Below, in pieces: positions 36,467-46,509 of a stretch of 47,541 bases of DNA. Made by a program: the position numbers and the translations under genes. The stretch is from contig NC_068982.1 in the NCBI RefSeq assembly GCF_001194135.2, positions 43,041,490 through 43,089,030 on the forward strand. The letters run 5' to 3'. The stretch is from Octopus bimaculoides (lineage: Eukaryota). How positions within the stretch are numbered: position 1 is the first letter of the stretch; every line of letters begins with the position of its first letter. Below the pieces are notes generated by a model. The model ran no database searches and had not been told where the DNA came from. It saw nothing but the letters and a program-made list of their open reading frames with translations.

Positions 36467-37694
36467 TATTTTCTCCCCAAACCCCACTATAACTTTCAAG
36501 AAAAATGTATGCTTCACAGGTCGAGAGGAAAAAAAACTATATTCTTGGTATCTTATCACAATTATTTAATACAAAATTAATACGAAAGAATCTACCGGTA
36601 AATCTTAAGTACTGGACACAAAAAGAGGGAACATTATTGACTAAGAAAAAATAGATTTTCACAATTCCATGTCCCACTAAAAAATAAGTGAATAAAAAAT
36701 TTCGAATCCTGTGCCCCACCTCAATTTTTCCTGGCTGCACTGGTGGGGCGTATGCCCCACGTTGAGAATCACTGAGTTAGATGAACAGAAGCTGTTTTAG
36801 TAACAATACGAATAGTTGAGGAAAGTAACAATTCGTTTGTGTGCCAGTGGTTTTAATTAGTGTTGAATTAATATTTGGTAATCGGCTGTATGACTTTCTT
36901 TAGATGCTATAAAGGTTGTTTGTGGTGTAGCAACAAAACCGATCGATGTATGTGAGCAGTAATTGACTGGGTATTTTACTTTAGATTTGTAAAAAGTCGG
37001 CGACTGTTTAAGACTGGAATATTTCCTAGTCCGACATAATATAATTGTTACACGTTTTGTATGATTCTCCCTGTTGAACATAACTTTTGATATTTTTTTT
37101 TTCTGTTTGTGACATTTCTGTCCACAGCTATTTCCGCCTTGTCAGTGTATATATATTATGTACGTCTGATTTTCGATATTAATTACTAAAGACGGCTGAA
37201 AGGGCAAAGAATTTAGTTACTGTGGTAACAGTATCAATGTGTGATGAATATGAAAACCAGAAAATGTTGTGTATTTTGAAACCCCAAGTATGAGAATACT
37301 AGGCGAGACAAAGATAAAGAAAGAGGAGTTAACGAGATGAGGGGAATTTCGTTGATGTTTCTAACAGATTCCGTGACCATATATACGCTCTCTCTCTCTC
37401 TCTCTCTCTTTGGCTCGTGTGGGTTGTGTGTTAGTGGAAAGTGGTGTTTAGCTGTGGTCCATGAATGCTTTGAGGAAGGAGAATGTTTGCTTATTTTATA
37501 ATTTTGGGATTCAATGAGAATTTTCTTAAATAAAAGAAAAACAAGAGACATGAAACTTTGACATGAAAGTGAATTAAACTCAGGAGATTAATCTCAGTTC
37601 AAGAATTGGAAACTGGTTGTGCATTTGAGTATGAAACCTAGCTGTGAATTGTGAATTTGAGTATGAATAGTAAAATATTAGTATTAAAAATAGC

Positions 37695-37899
37695 TTCAAA
37701 TTTTAGCACAAGGCCAGCAAGTTCGGCGGAGGGTTTAAGTCGATTACATCGACTCCACTGCTCAACTTCTAGTTATTTTATCGAGCACGAAATGATAAAG
37801 TTGACCTCAACAGAATTTGAGTTCAGAAAGGTAAAGTCAAACGAAATGTCGCTAATTATTTTACCCGGCGTGCCAACGATTCTGCCAGCTCGCCGCCTT
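37695..37899 (-). mobile_element. SINE family A (left member of a head-to-head pair)
   Basis: Ends GATTCTGCCAGCTCGCCGCCTT. Confidence 0.9.
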
Positions 37900-37927
37900 A
37901 ATATGAGTTTTTAAAATATAAAAAATC

Positions 37928-38131
37928 AAGGCGGCGGGTTAGTCGAACCGGGCAAAAATTCTTAGCAACATTTCGTCTGTCTTTATGATTTGAACTTGAA
38001 TCCCGCCGTGGTTGACTTTTCTTTTCATCCTTTCAGGAATCGATAAAATAAGTACGATTTGTGAACTGGGGGTCAATGTAATCGAGTTAATTCCTACTCT
38101 GACATTCCTGGTTTTGTACCAAAATTATGAA
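37928..38131 (+). mobile_element. SINE family A (right member of a head-to-head pair)
   Basis: Starts AAGGCGGCGGG; CATCCTTTCAGG..ATGTAATCGA. Confidence 0.85.
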
Positions 38132-38879
38132 ACGAACAATAAAATAATTTACCAACTGAGCGAGAGTTCCAACTGGCAAGGTATATAAAATATTGTTTCA
38201 TTTTTGGTGTATCTCAAATACTGACTATATTTTCGGAGGGAGTATATGATGTGATTATAATCCTTTCTATTACATTAGGCAACAATCTTTTTGCCACTAT
38301 TAGACGAAATGATGCTCATAAGTAATTTGGGAGCGTTGATTCCGAATATGCAATCATTGTTGCTCTAGCATGTCACGTTTTTGCGCTATCATTATTATAC
38401 TGCTATCAAAATTACAATAGAGTGAAAATTCATGACAAATAAAATGAATGTACATATGAAATTACTTCTGTCAGTAAATTATGTATGAATTTACTTTCAA
38501 CACTAATTGTGAACTTCTTTCTGTCAGTAATTCGTAGTTGTTGTTTGTAAATAGCGATTGGAAACTTACAGTGAAAACAATACCGATTAAAATTAAAGTG
38601 AAGACAATAGCATCTGAAAATAAAAGTGAAAGCAATAGAGAGTGAGTGAGAAATAGAGAGAAGGGAGAGATAGTTAGCTAGTTAGACAAATAAGATAGAT
38701 ATAAATACTCAGATTTGATTCACCTCTGTGAAAATTGTTTCTTATTAGGTGTCAAGATTTCCCGCAGATAATATAGGATTCATGAGTTTCGTTAACGAAA
38801 GGGATCTTTTGAATTGGAGCTAGTCCAAAGTTTCTGTTGCGTTAAATGAATCATATCTCTCATTGATATACTCTCAGAG

Positions 38880-39070
38880 GCAATTTCGATCGAGATAACG
38901 AAGGAAGCTCTTACTTAGTCTCTGGATCAGCTAGATATAGCAACTAAATCTTCCTCAAATCACGCCTTTTTGAAAATGTAAGGACACATTGGATATTGTA
39001 GTCGTAAAACTAGTGCAATGCTGATCAGAAGAATGGGGTAGTCATTGTTGGAACAGATCTCATTATAACT
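38880..39070 (+). repeat. Dispersed repeat family D fragment (related pieces near 8050-8160 minus, 20260-20380 and 33270-33420)
   Basis: Shared TAGCA.C.AAATC..CCTCAAAT.AC..C..T..GTCTTAAAAA..GGA.ACATTGGAT-like block. Confidence 0.55.
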
Positions 39071-40677
39071 TTGCTTGGTAGCGCTTTTTTTGTGCATAAC
39101 CATTAAAAGAAAAGAACAGCCTATTGCAAACAATGTTACCTAAAAAGCTTGGTGCACATTGGTTACACAACTACTGTGCAATCCAAGACGGCAAAATGGT
39201 AGACACAGAATATGTTGCGCTTGTTACAGTGCTTTGAGTTCGAATACCATCACAGTCAATCCTGCTTTAATCTTTTAGAGGTTGATAAATAAAGAACAAT
39301 CAGCATATCTCTCTCCTGTTTTTCAATTCTGCATTTTATTTGTAATTCAGTCGTGTCACTCTGACTTGGAATGAGAATTGTGTTAAGAGGGCACGTGACA
39401 CTCAGCCGCTTATGTGCTATGCTGACCAGTAGGAATTCAGTTAGCCGAGCTACTAAATGCTCATCGTCGAACCGACGAAGACTCTACCAAACCAACCACA
39501 CAACTTGGCATCTGCAGCAGATTTGAACTCACTATCTATGAGCCAGCAGAATAATTTCTTATCCACTGAATCATTTCGCTTGAAAACCTTCCACTTAATC
39601 AAAAAGAAATAGAATATTTGGAATTCCACACATTTCTCAAACCTGTTAATAGTTTACGTGAAATAAAATTGTCTTCAACGAGAAATCACCACCTTCGAAG
39701 ATTCGGATTACTGAGTGCTTACTGCTTATTCTAAATCGCTAGAAATAATTAAAATTCATGTAGAATAAATAGACAAGAAACAATTGGGGATGAAAATGAT
39801 AAGGACATTTAGTTAGTGATTTCTAACATGAGTTTGATATAAAATATGATAAAGGGTGACGTTCTTACCTTTCTCAAACAACATATTTACTCAAAAATAC
39901 ATTATGGGGATTTATTCAGGGAAAAGTTTATTTAGTTATAATGGTTGAGTGGATAAATTGTCTCCTTAATATGTTGATGAGGCGTGCTTTATGATTCCTA
40001 TCGCAGACATTGGGGCGTGCCTTTGGGCGAAGTACTTAACTCTACTTGTCTCGATACGTATGACACCAGCTTGACGGCAGGTCAAAATAAAATGTTAAGA
40101 GCCTAGCCTGCAGACACGTTGGATTCTTTACACCCTGCAGTGTGATATGTGCTTACAAACCCTTGTATTAGAAACTTGGTGCCTTATTGACTAGAGTTTT
40201 TCACCCTTCAAAAGTGGAGGTTTGATAATTAGATGATCTTCTATAATAATATTAATAGTTTATCAAAACCACATGATAAGTGTGATAGTGCGGCCCAGGT
40301 TTTACTGGTTCCCATTTGGATTCGTGTTACTTGCATGTATGACGTTTATTCGAATAGTGTATTAATGTGTAAAGGTCAGGACATCGCTTTTATTAAATAT
40401 AACGTCTCGTGCTTAAGAAAGTAATTGTTATTAAATATGTCCTTTATGTCCCCCGATAAAACAATTATCTGATTTCTCACATTAACACTCACAACACTAC
40501 TCAATTCTAGACAACGTAGTCATTCCGCATAATCCCCTGCGCCCCAGTTCATCGAACATAACTCATCCATTCTGAAAGAAATAACGGTAACTGGATTTTG
40601 AACTGGGGATCAAAATGCATGAAACTGATTATTGTAGTAAATGTAGTAGGAACAAGACTTAATACTGTTACGGAGAA

Positions 40678-40722
<45 letters not shown>

Positions 40723-40914
40723 AAATAATTGTTTCTTATTTAGGTAAAAAGACCAGCATTTTTGAGGCGCGGCGATCAGTCGATTACATCGGCCTCAGTG
40801 TTTGATTGGTACTTATTTTATCAGACACGAAAGGTTGAAAAACTACGATGTGACAACTATTTTTGCGATTCAACATTCTTGATGAAAAGTAGTAGTAGTA
40901 GTAGTAGTAGTAGT

Positions 40915-41135
40915 TATTTCAAATTTTCCCCACAATGGCAGCCTGGGGGCGGTGGAGATGAGTCGATTACATCGACCCCAGTGTTCAACTAAAACTTATT
41001 TTATCCTTCTCCGAAAGGATGAAATGAAAGGTAAGGTCGACCTCGGCGGAATTTGAACTTAGAGTGTAGCGTCGGGCGAAATACTGCTAAGCATTTCGTC
41101 CGGCGCGCTAACGATTCTGCCAGCTCACCTCCTTC
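40915..41135 (-). mobile_element. SINE family A
   Basis: GAGTCGATTACATCGACCCCAGTG..GTCGACCTCGGCGGAATTTGAAC..GATTCTGCCAGCTCACC. Confidence 0.9.
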
Positions 41136-41229
41136 TTCTTCTTATTAATAATAATAATAATAATAACAATAATAATAATAATAATAATAATAACAATAAC
41201 AATAATAATAATAATAATAATAATAATAA

Positions 41230-41356
41230 ACTTTAGAAATACACCACAATCTAGGTGTATTGCCAAAATTGGCATTACTTGGAACTGCAGGCATATTGCG
41301 TAGAGTACTGTCATAATATATTCAGTCAACAACATTACGATATTGGATACTGTCTT

Positions 41357-41360
<4 letters not shown>
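41230..41360 (+). mobile_element. 5'-truncated R4/Dong-like LINE end inserted in (AAT)n
   Basis: 41233-41316 encodes LEIHHNLGVLPKLALLGTAGILRRVLS*. Flanked on both sides by (AAT)n (41146-41229, 41359-41404). Confidence 0.8.
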
Positions 41361-41402
<42 letters not shown>

Positions 41403-41404
<2 letters not shown>

Positions 41405-41570
41405 CCTTTCTACTAAAGGCACAAGGCCTGCAATGTAGAGAGGGGACTGGTCGATTACATCGACCCTAGTACGCAACTGATACTTAATTTATCGCTCTCG
41501 AAAGGATGAAAGCCAAAGTCGACCTTGGCGAAATTTGAACCGAGAACGTAAAGAGCCGGAAGAAATGCCA
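41403..41570 (-). mobile_element. SINE family A (head missing) whose (ATT)n tail hosts the Dong-like insert
   Basis: CCTTTCTACTAAAGGCACAAGGCCTG..GGATGAAAGCCAAAGTCGACC. Confidence 0.85.
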
Positions 41571-41704
41571 CTAATAATAATAATAATAAAAACAATAATA
41601 ATAATAATGATAATAGAAATACTAATAGCAATATGAATATATCTATAATTGTATGTATACGACTCTGTGTGTGTCTCTGTGTGTCTTGTGTGTATATGTT
41701 TAAC

Positions 41705-42102
41705 TGGTGTGATTAATAGGCGTTAAAGATTTTGAGCTTGACAGTGAAATGAGGAGAAAATTTCGTAAAACTAGATAAAAATATATATCATTGCTAGAGT
41801 TTTTCATTCCTTCTTAAATGTTTTTCTATGCACAAAAGTATGCATATCTCTCGCTGGTATGAAACTGCACCAGCGTGCCCGTGTGGGTTAGACATACATG
41901 AACTATTGGAATTTCGATGCGATTTTTGTCAAAATAGCTGGAAGTCACATGGGAGATTGAAGTAGCACTCGAATATTCGCAACAAACAATCGGAAAATGG
42001 AGCCAATGCGACTTTGCTGCAGTATATGGATCAGCTCTTCAGACGCCTTTCAGGGCTCAAAAGTCATCTTAGCTCTCACTCTAGGAAAGAGTGAGAGCTA
42101 AG
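41705..42102 (+). pseudogene. RTE-clade LINE ORF C-terminus with three C2H2-like fingers and a terminal hairpin
   Basis: GVKDFE..MRRKFRK; CTKVCISLAGMKLHQRA; FRCDFCQNSWKSHGRLK*H; LSGLKSHLSSHSRKE* (TGA 42092-42094). Confidence 0.65.
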
Positions 42103-42274
42103 TATAGTTAGATGTACGATTACTACTGTATGAGATATAGCTCCACGAAGATTATCATTATCCAGTCAGCTTCCGGTGAAATGGTTAGTGGACTACGCTT
42201 CGTAGCAGATTTATAAGTTACGATGTACAGAGCATATGCAATGGAAATTTAGCCACTACGAATGCTTCACAGAT

Positions 42275-42495
42275 TACAGGCAAGTTCAGCGCCATCAGTT
42301 CATCGCAGGAGAGTTCACCGCCATTAATTCACCGTGGATAAAATCCACAGTAAGTAAAGTTCATCGCGCGGGAAGTTTACCGAGAAAATATATCTATAGT
42401 ATCTCATAAATAATAGTTAAAAACTATTTTATTGAAAAAAAAAATTGAAGCTGAAAAATTGTCTCAAAAATTTCGTCCGGTGAACTTACCGTACA
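42275..42495. mobile_element. Putative MITE with subterminal A(A/G)TTCACCG-like repeats
   Basis: About seven copies of AGTTCA(C/T/G)CG at 42280-42380, and an inverted CGGTGAACTTACCG at 42478-42491. Confidence 0.5.
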
Positions 42496-42534
42496 TGAAA
42501 CATAATTTCGCAATTGCAGTTATTTGGAGTTCAG

Positions 42535-42677
42535 CATTGGATGTCCTAGGTGCACTTGGATGTCTAACTGCAATGAATCATCAGGTGTAGAATCTATTGC
42601 ATCAACAGAATGCAATAAAGCATTCCCCCAGTGATGCATTGCCGCTAGGCATCCAAATGCACTTGGAACATCCAGTG
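42535..42677. repeat. 143-bp imperfect hairpin (MITE-like)
   Basis: TGGATGTCCTAGGTGCACTTGGATGTCTA... pairs with ...TAGGCATCCAAATGCACTTGGAACATCCA. Mismatches are mostly transitions. Confidence 0.75.
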
Positions 42678-44094
42678 GTGAGTATCAAGCAACTAAATAT
42701 TTGTACAGTTTTTTTTTATCCTAGTTTTCAAATATACATACATTTATATATGTATTGGTATATTTGTGCATGCATCTGTATACTTGAATAAATGTATATA
42801 TGTATATATATATAAGCTTATTTAAATGTGTGTATATATATATATANNNNNNNNNNNNNNNNNNNNNNNNNNNNNNNNNNNNNNNNNNNNNNNNNNNNNN
42901 NNNNNNNNNNNNNNNNNNNNNNNNNNNNNNNNNNNNNNNNNNNNNNNNNNNNNNNNNNNNNNNNNNNNNNNNNNNNNNNNNNNNNNNNNNNNNNNNNNNN
43001 NNNNNNNNNNNNNNNNNNNNNNNNNNNNNNNNNNNNNNNNNNNNNNNNNNNNNNNNNNNNNNNNNNNNNNNNNNNNNNNNNNNNNNNNNNNNNNNNNNNN
43101 NNNNNNNNNNNNNNNNNNNNNNNNNNNNNNNNNNNNNNNNNNNNNNNNNNNNNNNNNNNNNNNNNNNNNNNNNNNNNNNNNNNNNNNNNNNNNNNNNNNN
43201 NNNNNNNNNNNNNNNNNNNNNNNNNNNNNNNNNNNNNNNNNNNNNNNNNNNNNNNNNNNNNNNNNNNNNNNNNNNNNNNNNNNNNNNNNNNNNNNNNNNN
43301 NNNNNNNNNNNNNNNNNNNNNNNNNNNNNNNNNNNNNNNNNNNNNNNNNNNNNNNNNNNNNNNNNNNNNNNNNNNNNNNNNNNNNNNNNNNNNNNNNNNN
43401 NNNNNNNNNNNNNNNNNNNNNNNNNNNNNNNNNNNNNNNNNNNNNNNNNNNNNNNNNNNNNNNNNNNNNNNNNNNNNNNNNNNNNNNNNNNNNNNNNNNN
43501 NNNNNNNNNNNNNNNNNNNNNNNNNNNNNNNNNNNNNNNNNNNNNNNNNNNNNNNNNNNNNNNNNNNNNNNNNNNNNNNNNNNNNNNNNNNNNNNNNNNN
43601 NNNNNNNNNNNNNNNNNNNNNNNNNNNNNNNNNNNNNNNNNNNNNNNNNNNNNNNNNNNNNNNNNNNNNNNNNNNNNNNNNNNNNNNNNNNNNNNNNNNN
43701 NNNNNNNNNNNNNNNNNNNNNNNNNNNNNNNNNNNNNNNNNNNNNNNNNNNNNNNNNNNNNNNNNNNNNNNNNNNNNNNNNNNNNNNNNNNNNNNNNNNN
43801 NNNNNNNNNNNNNNNTTTAGTTCGTTATTTTTCTTCTTGTTTTGCCTATGTGAGTTGCAGGTAATTGCTATCTGTTGGAATTTTAGCATTTTTAGCTGCT
43901 ATTTCTGAACTTCTGTATGTGGTGAAGCAACCTGTTGCTGATCCCTTAATTTTGTTTATAAATGTATAAAAACTTTTAAATAAGTTCCACACCGATAATG
44001 GTGCTTACATACCGAAGGGCTTGGTAAAAAAATTATTAATTATTAATTTATTAATAAATTGATAATCCTTTACCCTTTTAATTGTAATAATATA

Positions 44095-44160
44095 TATATA
44101 TATAATATTATATTATATTATATCATATCATATTATATTATATTATATTATATTATATTA
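44095..44160. repeat. (TATTA)n pentanucleotide repeat
   Basis: Direct reading. Confidence 0.9.
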
Positions 44161-44238
44161 GTGGAAAAATCAAAACCAAGTTAGAACGAGTATCTCAGGT
44201 TATTTAGAATAATTTAATTAGGGTAAGATGAATCTGAA

Positions 44239-44314
44239 GTCTTACAGCCGTTTCTGGGATAACCTAAGTGGTTGGTTAACATGTCCATGCACTGAGTATC
44301 CTATCATCAGAAGC
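44239..44314 (-). ncRNA. Type-I hammerhead ribozyme motif with intact core boxes (left arm of palindrome 2)
   Basis: Minus strand: GCTT-CTGATGA-TAGGATA...TATCCCA-GAAAC-GGCT-GTA-AGAC. Confidence 0.7.
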
Positions 44315-44584
44315 AAGGTATGAATATTTTAGAGGGAGAAAATTTACGGTTTACAAGGAATAAAATTCACAATTTATTAGGATTTTAATAGAATAAAGAA
44401 TAAAAGTAGAAGAATATTGGCACGAGAATAATGTTCACAACTCATCATTTTCCAAAGGATATGGAAAAAGATGAGCTATAAACATTATTCTTTCCTTGTA
44501 TTCTTCTAACTTCTTTTACTCTTTATTCTTCTATTTTATTCCTTATAAACTGTAAATTTTCCTCGTCTAAAATATTCATACCTT

Positions 44585-44660
44585 GTCTCTGATGAAGGGA
44601 TACCTAGTGCAGGGACATGCTAACCAACCACTTGGATTATTCCAAAAACAACTGTATCAC
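44585..44660 (+). ncRNA. Degenerate hammerhead motif (right arm of palindrome 2)
   Basis: GTCT-CTGATGA(44589-44595)-AGGGATA...TATTCCA-AAAAC-AACT-GTA-TCAC. GAAA is mutated to AAAA. Confidence 0.55.
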
Positions 44661-44898
44661 TTCAAATTCACCTTACCCTAAATAAATTATTCTAAATAAC
44701 TTGGGGTACTCGTTCTACCATGGTTTTGATTTTTCCTCTAATATAATATATACATGCTATAACGGAACCCTTACACAGATCCCTAAATCCAGTCTTAGCT
44801 GTGATCTCGGAACCTAACGGTCGACCAACGGTGACACTTATCCAGCGTACCTATTCGTTAAGATCACAAGTGAACTAAACCCCACATATTCTACACAC

Positions 44899-45021
44899 GC
44901 ACGCACACACACACATCTATATGTATTTGTTTGTATGTATATGTATATATATATATATGTATGTATATATCTATGAATGTATGTATATATATATGTGTAT
45001 GTACATATATATATATATATG

Positions 45022-45065
<44 letters not shown>

Positions 45066-45145
45066 TACGTGTGTGTGTATATATATATATGCACACACAC
45101 ACACATGTATATATATATATATATATATACATATATATACATGCA
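44899..45145. repeat. TA-rich compound microsatellite
   Basis: Direct reading. Confidence 0.95.
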
Positions 45146-45146
45146 C

Positions 45147-45498
45147 TTGTTGTTGTTAGCACTCCGTCGCTTACGACGTCGAGGGTTCCAGTTGATCCGA
45201 TCAACGGAACAGCCTGCTCGTGAAATTAACGTGCGAGTGGCTGAGCAATCCACAAACACGTGTACCCTTAACGTAGTTTTCGGGGATATTCAGCGTGACA
45301 CAGCTGGCCCTTTGAAGAAAGAGTGAGAGAAAGTTGTGGTGGAAGAGTACAGCAGGGTTCGCCACCATCCCCTGCCGGAGCCTCGTGGATATTTAGGTGT
45401 TTTCGCTCAATAAACACTCACAACGCCCGGTCTGGGAATCGAAACCGCGATCCTATGACCGCGAGTTCGCTGCCCTAACCACTGGGCCATTGTGCCTC
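45147..45498 (-). mobile_element. Full-length SINE family C with a (CAA)n tail
   Basis: Minus strand: GAGGCACAATGGCCCAGTGGTTAGGGCAGCGAACTC..GGTTTCGATTCCCAGACC..GAGTGCTAACAACAACAA. Confidence 0.92.
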
Positions 45499-45539
45499 CA
45501 CCATATACATGCACACATATATGTATACATACACAAAAT

Positions 45540-45960
45540 ATGAGGTTTAGCCTCTCTATGAGACACCCTGGGCAAGTGTTTTCTGCCCTGGTCCCAGGCT
45601 GACTTAAGCTTTGTGAGTGGATTTGGTTTACGGACACCCGTCATGCGCGTGTATGTGTATGTCTGTGTGTGGGGGGGATTTGGGTTTAGGGTGGGTGTAT
45701 GTGATTGCCACCATACTATTGCTTGACAACGCAGGTTTTGGTTTTTGGTTTGTTTACGTCCCTGCTACTTATTGGTTCGGTAAAATAAACCCATAGAAAA
45801 TTATATAGTTTACAAAAAAAAGAAAAAGATAGAAAGAAAAACGAAAAGAAAAAAACGAAAAAATATGTACAAGGGTCGATCCGTTCGACTAAACCCTTGA
45901 AAGTGGTGCCCCAGCATCGCCGTAACCCAGTGACTGGAACAAGTACAAAATAAGAGATAA
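45540..45960 (+). mobile_element. SINE family B (CORE-type), diverged, with an internal TG-rich spacer
   Basis: CCCTGGGCAAGTGTTTTCT..TTTGTGAGTGGATTTGG..TTGACAAC..TTTACGTCCC..GGGTCGATCCGTTCGACTAAACCC..GTGACTGGAACAAGTA. Confidence 0.8.
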
Positions 45961-46394
45961 AACAGCCAACAACAATGATTAATGTACAAACATATTCGCG
46001 CCATCACTTATTCTTGACGGTACTGACTGCTGCGCCTCAATCTCGTTATAGCAAATTACGACTAACTGGAAAGAACATAAACAACAATGCAATACGCATC
46101 ATCATAGGCTTGCACATAGACCACACCCACAGAGCATCTTCCGCTCACGTAAACTGCTTTCTGCTCTCCTTTCTTGCTAGTCGCCTTCTTCTGTGCACAC
46201 TAAACAGATTATTTGCGCATAGAAGTTAATATCGTAGTTGAAATATACACAAGTTATTTTATAACGAGCAGCATTTGTTGTACTCAATACTTCATCGTTA
46301 TATAATATCACTACATTGTATTTTAATTATTTATTTATTTATTGTTACTTCTTTAGTTTATATTATTATTTTAAGAAATATTTCTGCAGGCCAT

Positions 46395-46413
46395 CTATCT
46401 ATCTATATATCTA

Positions 46414-46444
<31 letters not shown>

Positions 46445-46469
46445 ATCTATCTATCTGTCTGTCTGTCGG

Positions 46470-46508
<39 letters not shown>
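46395..46508. repeat. (ATCT)n tetranucleotide microsatellite
   Basis: Direct reading. Confidence 0.95.

Positions 46509-46509
<1 letters not shown>

Larger units (their letters stand above)
35232..36774. mobile_element. hAT-type MITE (about 320 bp of its own sequence) interrupted by a mariner
   Basis: Ends CAGTGTTTCCCAA and TTGAGAATCACTG. 8-bp TSD AGTTAGAG/AGTTAGAT. Confidence 0.85.
44150..44749. mobile_element. About 600-bp fold-back palindrome (second, unrelated family) with a hammerhead motif in each arm
   Basis: GGAAAAATCAAAACC / GGTTTTGATTTTTCC at the outer ends. Centre TTTCCA-AAGGATA-TGGAAA at about 44458. About 17-20 nt of extra sequence in the left arm. Confidence 0.85.
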
